A stretch of 64,000 bases of DNA from Eledone cirrhosa (taxonomy: Eukaryota): NCBI GenBank assembly GCA_964016885.1, contig OZ024741.1, positions 109,058,001 through 109,122,000 of the forward strand, in the 5' to 3' direction. The notes beneath the pieces are model-generated. The model made no database searches. It was given only the letters and a program-made list of their open reading frames with translations, and was not told the DNA's origin. Positions 43,951 through 58,079 of the stretch are shown here, in pieces. The position numbers and the translations under genes are program-made. Each line of letters opens with the position of its first letter. Position 1 is the stretch's first letter.

Positions 43951-44174
43951 GGAAAACTACACATACACATCTACCGAGAGAGACAGAAAAACAGAAGGAG
44001 GGGAAAAGAGAGATAGGCCGTTAGACAGAGAGAGATACAATTAAAATGTTAGTTATTCAGAGAGAGAGAGTGTGTCGGAAGGACAATGTGACACGGGAGG
44101 GTGTGTGGTATCTTTGCAGTGGAGTGGTGGGGGCAGGTATACATAGCCGAGCGCCAGCCGTACGGGCCAGCTAG
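43222..44174 (+). mobile_element. Non-autonomous Helitron-like element
   Basis: 3' hairpin ccgagcgccagccgtacgg followed by CTAG (44171-44174) and T. Internal ~65-bp direct repeat (43332 / 43753) and microsatellites. Confidence 0.55.
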
Positions 44175-44299
44175 TATATAATGAGGTGGTGTGATATACA
44201 GTATATATAAAACTGTATATATACTGTGATATACAGTATATATAAAACTGAGTATAAAATGTGATTGTTCTTAACTACGTCATCAGTATATCATTTGCA

Positions 44300-44490
44300 G
44301 GGCGATGGATTGGTAGTATCAGTAGAGGATCTGACGCCATGCTTTGGAGCCAAGAGTTACGGCTCTTTATGGTTTGAGTTGAAATCCCGTCGAGGTTAAC
44401 TTTGCCTTTCATCCTTACCGGGTCGATAAAATAAAGCACCAGTAATACACTGGGATAATTGCTGGCCTTGTGGCAAAAGTAGAAATAATT
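44300..44490 (+). mobile_element. tRNA-derived SINE
   Basis: Head 'ttggtagtatcagtagag', core 'ctttgcctttcatccttaccgggtcgataaaataaag', tail 'gctggccttgtggcaaaagtagaaa'. Confidence 0.85.
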
Positions 44491-45181
44491 ATATAATTTG
44501 CATATTGTACAAACTATCCATTTGGATATAATGTTGTGCTGTAATATAAGAATGTTTTATACAGTTCTTGTTAACAAGCTGGTATTGCCTCAGATATCTT
44601 TTGTTTAAAATAAATATATTGGCGTAAAATATTTCCAGGACGTCAGCAGCTGAAAAATCACAAGTCCTTTTATTGCCGTTAACGAATTTAGCTTTAGCTA
44701 GCTTCCCTTCAGTGTAACCTATATTGGATGTCTTTTAAATTCAAAATATAGGCCGAAGTTGCCGTCATATTCCTTCTTAAAGGATTTAGGAATGAATTAA
44801 AGTGCATGTATAAACGCGGCTTGAATTTATTTGCCGTTAGCACTATATAATACTTACAAGTAGTGTGTATATCAACGTTGCATATATAAACTATATTGCT
44901 TGATAACAATTTTCCAGCTAGAAAGCAGTAGTCCCGAGTAACACAATTGCAGTTGGAACTAAGTTCAAATTAAATGCAGTGACGTCCTTTGTTAGGTTGA
45001 AATAGGATATTTTAACCGTGTTTCGACCAAGAATAATATTATGATATTCATGTGCTAAAAGGAAATGCTTCCTAATTATATAAGGAAAGCTTTATCTATT
45101 AGTGTGGCAACATGCATATTATAATGCGAGTTATACAATATAATGACACTAGGTATATTTTTCTTAGTTTTGTTCTCTTAC

Positions 45182-45420
45182 TTGGTGTATTCAGCTTTAT
45201 CTAGAAATCCACTCCAAGCCAGAGGTTCATAGTAATGTGTGGAATGGTCCGTGAAAATAATCCCGTTAAGTGATAAACGGGAAAGCCTCAATAAGACGTT
45301 TTTAACCAGGATTTTAGTTATGCTGCCTCGATGGTTAGAATGTTTATTAATGAATGTATATAAATTTAATATATAAGCTCTTTCTCTCATACACTTAACT
45401 TCAGCTTCTCCCGAATCTCT
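45182..45420 (-). pseudogene. Candidate exon, ADAM (M12B) prodomain-like
   Basis: Acceptor ttcttcatatcatcag| and donor |gtaaga bound an open frame containing 'HRGSI...LNGIIFTDHSTHYYEPL' (ADAM prodomain G.I......Y.EP motif). Confidence 0.5.
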
Positions 45421-45589
45421 CTGATGATATGAAGAATTTAACTACACGGTGTGCCATAATTCAGATTTGGTAGATAATTTCATAACTGTATTAATCTCCT
45501 GTTACAGGCATCCTCTTTACCTAAACGTAAAATAGCAAACTATTTTTATTTTCTCTCTCGTATATATATGTATATGTGTATATATATAT

Positions 45590-45902
45590 ATGAATGTATG
45601 TATAGTATATCTGGCGATACACAGTATGTTTAATTAAAAACATTTTGAAGACCTTGCGCTATTATTTTAAAGTAGTGACTACGTCACTTCTTTTTTCAAC
45701 AAGGGAAAGGATATAAGCTAACAGATCTGTTTCACACTGTTGGTGTTCATCAGATATTAGCACTCGCCGACCTTTGTTTAAAATTATAGAGGCTAGATAA
45801 TCAGTAATAATCAAGAACTGATTATACAGAGCGATTGCCGGTCCAGCAAAAATTGAAAATTAGGATTGGTGCTCTGAAATAGCGATGTATACATGAATGT
45901 AT

Positions 45903-45905
<3 letters not shown>
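45590..45905 (-). mobile_element. Family C element (~1 monomer, different permutation point)
   Basis: Begins and ends in 'atgaatgtatgtat' (~303 nt apart). HHR at ~45714-45758: CTGATGA-acac caaca gtgt-GAAA-cagatctg-TT-agc. Confidence 0.8.
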
Positions 45906-45951
<46 letters not shown>

Positions 45952-46300
45952 GGGGGGGGCGTGTGTGTGTGTGTGTGCGTGTGTGTGTGTGTAATAAAAA
46001 GTGTCGTGTCTGAAAAATGCCAGACACGACGCGCCATATCGCTTCCAATGAAAGCTCTAGGATAAATTCCAAGCTATTAATATTATAACTTTCAGAGCGA
46101 ATGACATATATAGAAATATATCAAACAATATACAGGATATAATTTGCAAAACTGTAAGAACATATCAACTATAAATGTGCAGTATAGACAGTTTAACACA
46201 CTATCAAACAGTACATACCAATAACTTGTGAATTGTTTGATATATATCTACATATATCATCCGCTCTTGAATTTATATACACACACACACATTCATATAT

Positions 46301-46382
<82 letters not shown>

Positions 46383-46911
46383 TAAAAGGAAAATAAAATG
46401 CTGACAAATTCTTCCCAGTGAAAAATAGTTTAATTAGGAATAAGTATAAATTAGTAATAAGTATTGGTTAGTATTCAGTTTTAGTTTTAAATTTTTACCG
46501 GTTGCGCATTTCTAATGCTTTTCAAAAATAATTTTGAGATAGAGCGCTCGTGATGTTTGCTCTAATCTGATCAGTTTGGGAAATTCTTCCTGTTTTATGT
46601 GAAAAAAGTGGCTCCAGAGGTATTAAGATCTATAAATTTCGCGCCAATTCGTGTTGCAGAAATTCTTGTAGTCAAAACAATTTTGATTGGTCACGTGAGT
46701 GTTAAAAATTGATTTTGCGCCAAATGTAGGTTTGTGGAAGTGTGTCCTTTTTCGCCTGATTGAGAAGTCACTGAAAAATAAGTCTTTTAAGACAAATATG
46801 TGTGTGTGTGTGTAGTAAAGAGGTTCATTGTTGTGATAATGGTCAGTAGGGATGTGTGTGTGAATTGTAGTCATGTTGAAAGGTCAACAGTTCAGGTGCC
46901 TATTAAGACAA

Positions 46912-46953
<42 letters not shown>

Positions 46954-47071
46954 CACAGTGGTTCGTGGTAGAGGGAATAAATTCGGTCAGTAGGAATGTG
47001 TGTATACGTGTGTGGGGGATATTTTAACATGTTGAAAGATATTTTTCAGCTCTTGTCTTATACGGAGAAGC

Positions 47072-47110
<39 letters not shown>

Positions 47111-47212
47111 TGTTTGTATGTTAGTGTACGCGTGTGTATGTGTGTATATGTGTGTATGTGTGTGTGTGTGTGTGTGTGGATGGACCAGTATTTTTGTGAT
47201 ACTGGTAAAAAT

Positions 47213-47383
47213 GTGTAACCACAGTAAGTAAGGTACTCAATACATAGCAGAGTATAGTATAAAAGTTTTAATATAGAGGAGATTCTACAGGACTAGAATT
47301 GTTTCATTCTTTAGAAATCATCAGGATTTCTAAAGAATGAAACAGTTCTAGTCCTGTAGAATCTCATCTATATTATATATAGG

Positions 47384-47464
<81 letters not shown>

Positions 47465-47640
47465 TAGATGAGATTCTACAGTACTAGAACTGTTTCATTC
47501 TTTAGAAATCATCAGGATTTCTAAAGAATGAAACAATTCTAGTCCTGTAGAATCTCATCTATATTAAAAATGTATACGCTGCTATGTATTGAGTAACTTA
47601 CTTACTGTGGTTACTTCCGATTCAACCCGTAATAGCTTAC
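47213..47640. mobile_element. Family F: two HHR fold-backs flanking a (TA)n tract, inside an outer inverted repeat
   Basis: Palindromes centred ~47322 and ~47513; minus-strand core CTGATGA-tttctaaagaat-GAAA-cag...ctg-TA-gaatc. Outer arms 47213-47270 and 47559-47614. Confidence 0.8.
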
Positions 47641-48039
47641 ATATATATATATATATATGAGTGTGTGTGGGGGGGGGGGTATTTTCTGTAATCATTGATG
47701 CAATTCAGTTCAAGCAACTTCGGACTTTTTCCAAATAGGAATGTTGGAGTATATTTAGAATAAGTAAATGCGAAGTAGTTGTAGTAGATGTTAAAGTCCT
47801 TTATTGATAAAGGAGACGGACGAAGGCTTCAAAAACATCATCTTTGTCCGTTCCCTTGCCGTTTTAATTTGGATTGTCTCGAGTACGTAACCTCATTATG
47901 TAATGATGCTGTCTGCTAAGATCATGACACTGGTTCCGTAAAATAAAGTGGCCACTGAAATATGTATCACACCCTTATGTATAAATGACTTTAACATCTA
48001 CAACTACTTCGCATCTTCTTCTTATATACATATATATAT

Positions 48040-48236
48040 TGGTGTAATGGTAGCACAGTGGTCTGGATAACCAAAGATGTGGTTTCGACTCCCATGTACG
48101 TCAATACTCATCTTTTTCCATTTCTCTGAGGGTTCTAAACCCCACTATCAGGCTAAAATTTCTTTAGTCAAGAAATACGGTGAAAGCTTCTATTTTCTAA
48201 TTTCAAACTTGCTCGCTGTTTCAAAACATACATACT

Positions 48237-48240
<4 letters not shown>
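48040..48240 (+). mobile_element. tRNA(Gln-like)-headed short element, family E
   Basis: 48040-48103 folds as D arm (gtgt/gcac), anticodon arm (tggt/acca), T arm (TTCGACT) and 3' acceptor strand gtacgtc-a. Body matches the palindromes at 27097 and 57317. Confidence 0.7.
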
Positions 48241-48294
<54 letters not shown>

Positions 48295-49192
48295 GTATAT
48301 ATATATATCTACACTCTCTATACTCTGTGCCTTGTACAAGGAGTCCATTAATGACAATATATAAAAATTAAACAAACAATTTAAACTGGTAGAAATTATA
48401 GAAGAATAATCTATATAGTCTTTATCTAAAACGATAATAGAAATATTATACAATATGAAATTGTTCTTGTATTTCGAAGATATATCATTATTATTGTATA
48501 TTAATATTTAGATTCAAAAATTGAATAATGAAACTTTCATTGAGCTAATCATTTCTATAAAGTTTAAATTAACCCACTTACCTTTATTTTAGTTATTACC
48601 CAGCAGGATTAAACATTCACATTCATTTTTGAAATATATTTAAAGATATATTTACTTAGGAATAAAATAATTACATCTGAAGTAACATTTAAGTATATAT
48701 AATATTATAATTATAGAATACTTAAATAATTATAATAACCTTCTTAAATGGAAAACAAATATCCGTGTATCATAATAAAGCACGCATGAAAGAATATATA
48801 TTTTTTACATAAGTTACTTATCAAATTATATTTATTTATATTTAATAAATCAAATAGACAATTAACTTTCTAAATACTACTCATGTATGAACAAATAGAT
48901 AATTCCAGAGTAAAATTTACCAGTTTATATTGATTTATTAATTATAAAGAAGTAAGGGTTAAAAATGTTTCAATGTTTACAGAAGCAAAATCATTTCCAA
49001 TTCTTAAAAGGGAATTTTCGCAAAACAATTTGATTATAAACAGTTTAAAGTCAGTGCAATAATCCCGCAAAGGAAGAGAAAATATATTATAAATGTAGGA
49101 TCAAAAACCAATCTAGATCCTCAAGCATGGACATAGAGATATACATACACACATGTGCATATACATATAGATGCACACAACGCACACACAAA

Positions 49193-49242
<50 letters not shown>

Positions 49243-49246
<4 letters not shown>

Positions 49247-50123
49247 GGAGGTGAGTTTTATTGTAGTATTCTATATTGCTCCTATTTATCACTTCCCTTT
49301 CTTCTCTTTTTCCTTTAATGTCTAACCCCTAATCTGTACCTTTTCTCACTGTTGCCTAACATAGAATCAATTATTACATAATACAATACATTCTTACTCT
49401 ATATCACCTTGTAAAAATCCTTCGTAAACATAAACATTTTTTTGACGTTAGATTATTCATCCTCAATTCATTATTCTTTTCTCCCTTTCATCTAACTCAT
49501 TCATGCTCATCTCACAATATATCCTTACTTAAATTACCTGTTGTTCTTTTTAATAATACATATCAACATTTTCTTTCCATCGCACATATTATTAAATCCT
49601 TAAATATTATTCTTAATACATATTAACATTTTCTTTTCATCGCACATATTATTAAACCCCTCAATATACAAACCTTAACTTTACATTATTTTTCTCTTCG
49701 TTAATTTTCAAATTCTTTTAATTTATACATTATCTTCCAACGGTTTTCAACCTCTCTATGTAAAACAATATATCTTTCTCAGTTACAAAAGCTATCTCTC
49801 TCTCTCTATCACCCATCTCTCCTCCTATCTCATCCTTCCTCATTATACTCCTCCCTCTCCACTTTTTACTCTCATCTCCTCCTCTTTTTCATCCTTTCCA
49901 CCCCACCCCCCTCAAAATAAAATATTTTTTCCAATATCAAACATCAATCTAAAACTACCTCTCATATGTTGATTTAAAACTGCACTATCCACAAGTGTTT
50001 TTTAACCTTCATATCATGTCTTCCTGTTTTATCTGATGAAAACACAAATATTATTGCATGATGATATTTGTTTTTGAAATCCGCATAATAAAATACATGG
50101 AACTCTTTTAACCATCTTTTGTT

Positions 50124-50128
<5 letters not shown>
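49243..50128 (+). mobile_element. Family D HHR element with short 5' inversion
   Basis: 49244-49268 is the reverse complement of the family D segment at 43186-43211. HHR at 50025-50095: tgttttat-CTGATGA...GAAA-tccgca-TA-ataaaata. Confidence 0.75.
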
Positions 50129-50176
<48 letters not shown>

Positions 50177-50304
50177 AAAAAACGTGAAATCGAAAATGTA
50201 ACTGGAGTCTTTTTAAGAATACTTATTTGTTTCATTTACCGGTTTCACAGTTCTTATGCTTTTCAAAAGTAGAATTGAGATGGAGGATTTATGGTTTTTC
50301 TCGC

Positions 50305-51270
<966 letters not shown>

Positions 51271-51273
51271 TTT

Positions 51274-51485
51274 GTTATTGAGTGCAATAGTTACACGTGT
51301 GGCATGCACGTGTGTCTTGTTTATATAATGCTATAGTGCGGCAGAGTGTTACATGCAATAGAAGCACTTAAACGGGCAATCAAGAGTTTAAGTGCTTCTA
51401 TTGCATGTAACACTCTGCCGCACTATAGCATTATATAAACAAGACACACGTGCGTGCTACACGTGTAACTATTGCACTCAATAAC
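51274..51485. repeat. Fold-back palindrome (~100-bp arms) truncating the RTE fragment
   Basis: 'ttattgagtgcaatagttacacgtg...' is mirrored around the loop 'gggcaatcaaga' (~51380). Confidence 0.9.
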
Positions 51486-51953
51486 TGCTTATGACTATCC
51501 TATCGCATTAATTTCGTGTTGTATTTTAACCTTAATTTTTTATTTTATCCTCTTTTGATATGAATGTAACCTTTAAATGTATACTGCCACACTAAATATT
51601 ATAATGTTTGTCGACCTACCAAGCAACAATGTTTGCATATGTATCTGTATGTCTCTTGGGTTGAAAAGGAGGTCATATATGTGATCATCCATTAATAAAT
51701 TGCTCCGAATAATCCAAACCTCGGTTTGGAGGAAACAATTGTAAGCATATAAATGATTTGTTCAGAACTTTGATTCTTATAACTTATATATAACTGCTCT
51801 GTAAAACATCTGATGTTATTACATTGAGCTATTTAACTTAGTGGTAATAGGGTAGTAATATATTACTGCCTATCACGATTTAGGGTTTGTAAAAATATAT
51901 ATAACTACAAAAGGTTTTTGTATTTGCATAACCATAAATAGTATCCTTATTAC

Positions 51954-51987
<34 letters not shown>

Positions 51988-52275
51988 GGAAAATGTATGA
52001 TCCCGACGGCACAGCCCAAGCCGTTTCGACAGCTATTTCTGGACTACTAAGTATTGAGTACTCTGGTGCGTTATGGTCCATCTGGTTCCTTACCACAACT
52101 CCTTCGTTATATATATATATATATAACGAAGGAAGTGTGGTAAGGAACCAGGTGGACCATAACGCACCAGAGTACTCAATACTTTGGGTAGTAGAGTGGG
52201 TAATAGGAACATGTTCAAAACCCCGACGGCTGAGCTCAAGCCGTTTCGGCGGCTATTTCTGGACTAAATTACATT
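51988..52275. mobile_element. Family B fragments in inverted arrangement around a TA tract
   Basis: 52049-52088 is inverted at 52106-52164. Shares sequence with 8172-8240 and 59611-59815. Confidence 0.75.
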
Positions 52276-52846
52276 TTTAGCGTGGTAGTAAATAGCCGAA
52301 CTTGTCAAGGGGTAAGTCCTTATACGATAATGATGCATTTCTGAAGATTGTAGTTGTCAAAAGTATTGGTCAAAATTTCTTGTAAACACAATTAAATCTT
52401 TCATGACGATGGGTGGGGGTGGGGTGGCTGAACTTACCTGTAGAATCAATTTGAGTATATACCCAGTTATTCGCAGATAGTGTAAATTTATCGAACTCCT
52501 TTCGACTTAGTAATTTTATTTGAAAAAAATGTAAAACATATCGGAAAAATTGGATTGAAATATCGAATAAAAGTTCATCTTATTTCAATGAAATAGAGGG
52601 ATAGAAAAAGAAAGACACAGTGAGATAGGGAGAGTGAGGGCGGTTTCGGGCAATACTTTAATTATTACCAATGTATTGCGGATTTTCTATAATTGCCGGT
52701 CAACAAACAAACATCATTTATATACATTATAAGGTAAGATAACATATAAATATGAGTGTGTATGTGTATACTTACACATATATATATATATATGCATGCA
52801 CACACATACACACACACAGAAACACACGCACACATACATACACACA

Positions 52847-52888
<42 letters not shown>

Positions 52889-52913
52889 CCATATATATAT
52901 ATATACATATACC

Positions 52914-53010
<97 letters not shown>

Positions 53011-53158
53011 CCATGTAACATTTACTCCTGCGTTTGTTTGCTTTTTTTCTGTTATTTCGAACTATATATATATATATATATATATATGAAACACAAGTTT
53101 AAATTTTGAAGACCAACACAATGCGTTATGAAGATTGTTAAAATTGCCAAGATAAAAA

Positions 53159-53232
<74 letters not shown>

Positions 53233-53316
53233 AAAGTTCTATTTAAATTGTTGGGATACAACAAGCAAATACTTTTATAACTGATATAAAGCACTCAACA
53301 AATAATTGGAGTAAAA

Positions 53317-53675
53317 ATACGATATTAACAAATGGAAACTATATTTATAAAACCATATTTATTTCATTATACATATTTCAAGGACACCAAGTTAAATTAT
53401 GGTGTGCTTTCATCAGATAAAATATAATATAGACCAGTTTTATAAATAAATATTGACATACCCTTAAAGAATGCAACCATTACTGTTGGAAGATCCCGGG
53501 AGCTTCCAACAGTAATGGTTGCATTCTTTAAGGGTATGTCAATATTTATTTATAAAACTGGTCTATATTATATTTTATCTGATGAAAGCACACCATAATT
53601 TAACTTGGTGTCCTTGAAATATGTATAATGAAATAAATATGGTTTTATAAATATAGTTTCCATTTGTTAATATCG

Positions 53676-53678
<3 letters not shown>
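53317..53678. mobile_element. Near-perfect fold-back (181-bp arms, centre tcccggga) with mirror-image HHRs
   Basis: HHR at 53571-53635 (+): tattttat-CTGATGA-aagcacacca...tggtgtcctt-GAAA-tatgta-TA-atgaaata. Confidence 0.88.
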
Positions 53679-53772
<94 letters not shown>

Positions 53773-54007
53773 GTGAATGAGAGAAAATGAGAGAAGACAG
53801 AGGAAATATGAACCAACACGTAAATCGTTGGTAGTTTAAAGAGAATACGAAACGAAATAGAAATATGGAATAGAATTATAAATGTGGAATGGAAATTGCT
53901 CAGACGTGAAAGATTTGTGGTTTGTTTAATTTTCGTTATTTGTTTTTCTCTACAATTATCTATCTCTGTGTCTCTTATTAAACACCCTGACCTTTGTTTC
54001 ACATTTC

Positions 54008-54008
54008 G

Positions 54009-54088
<80 letters not shown>

Positions 54089-54173
54089 AACTACTACTAC
54101 TTCTGTCACTTCCACCACTACTACTACTACTACTACTACCACAACGACTACTACTGATACTACTGCCACTACC

Positions 54174-54209
<36 letters not shown>

Positions 54210-54256
54210 GCCACTACCACCACTATTACTGATACTACTACTACTACTACTACTGA

Positions 54257-54289
<33 letters not shown>

Positions 54290-54290
54290 A
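54008..54290. repeat. (ACT)n/(ACC)n microsatellite
   Basis: Seen directly in the sequence. Confidence 0.95.
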
Positions 54291-55059
54291 CGCGCCTATC
54301 TGACTCTATTTATTTCTATCTATTGCAGACACCCGTTGTTTTTCTGCTCTTCCTCTTGTCTGTGTAATTATGTTTTTGCGTCTATATTTCCCTTTATCTT
54401 GGTCTATCTCCATTAATTTTTCCAATATATCTCGACTTCTCCATATTTCTCGTTTTCTTGTTACGAACAAACACATGCGCGTGCGAGCATTTCAGAGTAG
54501 ACAACAGCCCATAAATGACTAATTGGTACACAGGAATACGCACCATTTAACATCTAACATCCAATAAATGAAATGAGAGGTATTATGCTACACGCAAACT
54601 CACACAATACACTATTCATAAAAAGCAACGCACAACACATTATATACTTTCCACTGTACACTACAAAACAAAAAGCGACCAACAGCTCAGAAAACATGTT
54701 ACTTAAGACACAACACATTACAGTTTCCACTGTACAATACATAAATAGTCGCGACAAACAGCTTACGAAACATGTCACTTGAATCATAACACACACGCCA
54801 CAGTATAGACTTTCCAGTGTACAATACAGAGAAACTGTAGCGGCCAACAACTCAATAACACGTCACTTGAATTACAGAAATAAATATGTTATTTCTATAC
54901 TATTCTGTCTAACAAAAGTTTTAGAGTTTTAATTTTTTTTCCTAAGCATTTTGTTATTGATTCAACCCTCTGGATAAGTCACATTGAAAATATCAAAGGC
55001 ACGAAAGTTTCTACAGACCATGCGAACAAAATGAAAAATAAAAAAGTAAGATAAACCTA

Positions 55060-55790
55060 GCACAGTAGGACACACCAACCGTATTTTAGATCGAACAGAA
55101 TGGAATATGGAGCGGAAACAATCATTACAATGAATGAGAAGTTGAGATGAATAGATATAACAGACCCGCAAGCATAGTACAGCATAATTAGCAAGAAAGA
55201 CACTGGCTCATTGAAAATTGCAATTAATTTGAAAACATCTGAGATTGACAAGATCTCCAATTCCTGGTTAAAGAACTGGGCCAGTATCCATGGGTGTACG
55301 ACAGCAACATTCAATGAAAGTATAAGCAGGCCTGTTTGTCAGCTGGATAGACGGAGAAAAACATTAATTCCGTAAATAAAAAGATTCCCAAACACTCCTA
55401 AAATAAACGACATTTAACATGCTAGCTAGTAACACCCAGAGACTTTACATTCATAGTAAACAACAGCCTAGTTTCTCGCATGGAAAACAACACATTATTA
55501 GAGGAACAGAAAAGGATTCATGTGAACTGGGCTTCTATTGAACATTTCAAAGTGAAGGAAACAATTTTTAACACGACCTGGAATGATTACCATCGGCACC
55601 AATGTAACTTTATGAAATCAGAAATTCAAATGATTAACCTCACTGTCACGCCAACATTTCACAGCATGGGACGTTACAGTCGTTACAGATGACCTTGTCA
55701 ATTTCTTGGATAAAATCAATATATACAATCATCTCCTCATCCAGCTATATGACTCTTCACAAACTCATCCTATTTTTGTAGAGATTGCTT
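55060..55790 (+). pseudogene. Highly decayed R4/Dong-like RT fragment
   Basis: 'IDKISNSWLK' resembles 'KDKIQNFWIN', and 'ENNTLLEEQK' resembles 'TNDLFPIEQK', of the 2279-3292 ORF. Confidence 0.45.
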
Positions 55791-55871
55791 CAGTAAGGAT
55801 ACACACACATATATATGTGTATATATTTATATATGTGTCTCCGTGTGTGTGTATATATGTATATATGTGTC

Positions 55872-55910
<39 letters not shown>

Positions 55911-55914
<4 letters not shown>

Positions 55915-56410
55915 GGAAAAAATGAAACGAAATTTCATTTCCCACTCTTAGTACGGCTGTTACTTAAATATAAGTATGTACACGTACATACATATATGTA
56001 TACAGACGTACAGTAGTATGTATATATATATATATACATACATGCACACACATATATATATGTACATATGGGATTCACCGAACATTTATTATAATGCTCG
56101 GTGTGTTTGTAAACAAACATCCCGTATTAAGCCGTAGTGTCTAGCAACCATCGTTGCTCGTTTGTTCAACACTGACAAAGGAACGCTGTACTAGTTTCAA
56201 GCTTATTAGCTATCGTCAGCAACGTATACCTTCCTGCCAGATTGTTGAACGTATATACTTACCTTATGCATATTAACGGCTGAGTAGTTCAATTTGCATA
56301 TCGGGTGGGTTAATCGGCCGGGTGCACCGAAAACGATAAACGGAAAAAATAAAACGAAATTTAATTTCCCACTCTTAGTACAGCCGTACTAAGAGTGGGA
56401 AATGAAACAC
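55911..56410 (-). mobile_element. Family A element (third permutation, terminal snap-back)
   Basis: 'cggaaaaaat' at 55914 and 56341 (period 427); HHR at 56183-56225; hairpin ttcccactcttagtac-agcc-gtactaagagtgggaa at the end. Confidence 0.85.
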
Positions 56411-56442
56411 ACGTTTTCAGATAAAGAATCTTGCTAATCAAA

Positions 56443-56485
<43 letters not shown>

Positions 56486-56570
56486 AAAAATTGAACAGGG
56501 ACAGAACAGAGAGGCAGTACGACAAATGTTTATTAGCTTCACGCTCAGGAGAGTGGGGGGTAGGTGGAGG

Positions 56571-56602
56571 ACGACGTTTCGGGCATAAGCCCTTCTTCGG
56601 GT
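56571..56602 (-). ncRNA. Minimal HHR-like motif (CCGAAGA variant)
   Basis: CCGAAGA-agggc ttat gccc-GAAA-cg-TC; U4->C change and weak stem I. Confidence 0.5.
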
Positions 56603-56765
56603 AAGAGTTCAAAAGGTGTGTAGGGGAGTGGTGGAGAGACATATAGCGAAAGGAAACGGTGCGAATGAAAAATTAACAAATAAAGACAAAATTATAATAA
56701 ATAATAAATAAAAATAAAGCATGATCAAAATACAAGGAATGAGAACATTTAAAAATAAAGGCATG

Positions 56766-56834
<69 letters not shown>

Positions 56835-57067
56835 ATAATAATAAATTAGAATACTAAATTCCAAAGAGGGCTCGATAAGGATAAATATATATCAAATATA
56901 TAAGAACCGTAGCGGGTTGAATCGGAGGCAACCACAGTAATTAAGTTACTCAATACATAGCAGAGTATAAAGGTTTTAATATCTCATCTATATTAAAACT
57001 GGCCCACCATTAGCTAAGATCTTTCTCTCCCTTATTTCGAAGCATTTTCCCCCTACACACACACACA

Positions 57068-57418
<351 letters not shown>

Positions 57419-57582
57419 TATATATATATATATATAGTCTAAGTGATAAAATAGGATTGGTATTCCAAATTTGAATTTGTTTACAGCATTCATTCTGCCT
57501 TTGTTAATATTATAGCTTTAAAGAATTAGCTTTTACCAACAGAAAAGAAAAGATATAAATACCAACACCCACTTGGACAGCC

Positions 57583-57712
57583 AGCTTCCTGATGATTCCT
57601 CACGAATGATGCAGTTCTAATCCTGTAGAAGCTCTTCTATATTAAACCATTTATACTCAGCTATGTATTGAGTACCCTACTTACTGGGGTTACCTCCGGC
57701 TCAACCCAGAAT
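57583..57712 (+). mobile_element. Family F fragment with degenerate HHR
   Basis: agcttc-CTGATGA-ttcctcacgaat-GATG-cag...ctg-TA-gaagct, followed by 'ctatgtattgagtacc...ggttacc'. Confidence 0.65.
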
Positions 57713-57716
57713 AATT

Positions 57717-57759
<43 letters not shown>

Positions 57760-57765
<6 letters not shown>

Positions 57766-58042
57766 AACGAGGATTAAGTGTTGCATCATATCACATTTAT
57801 TAACATATTACACATGTTTCTTTATCGATAAGCTCGAGGCAAGAACTATTACAGATCGAACCCGACTCTGCAATCGAAAGTTCTTCAGATATGTTTTGTG
57901 TATGAGAACATATCTGAAGAACTTTCGATTGCAGAGTCGAGTACGATCTGTAATAGATCTTGCTTCGAGCTGATCGATAGAGAAACGTATGTAATATGTT
58001 AATAAATATGAATTGATGCAACACTGAATCCTCGTTCTTTAT
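57760..58042. mobile_element. Fold-back (~135-bp arms) with HHR
   Basis: HHR at 57907-58000 (+): aacatat-CTGAAGA-actttcgat...atcgataga-GAAA-cgtatg-TA-atatgtt. The fold point lies immediately 5' of stem I. Confidence 0.85.
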
Positions 58043-58079
58043 GATATTATACTCCGCTCTGCAACTATATATATATGTA

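Noticed and set aside
48040-48103. Functional tRNA-Ser(GGA) gene
   Set aside because: 5' acceptor strand missing, no long variable arm, T-stem mismatch, and fused to a repeat body; treated as a SINE-like head.
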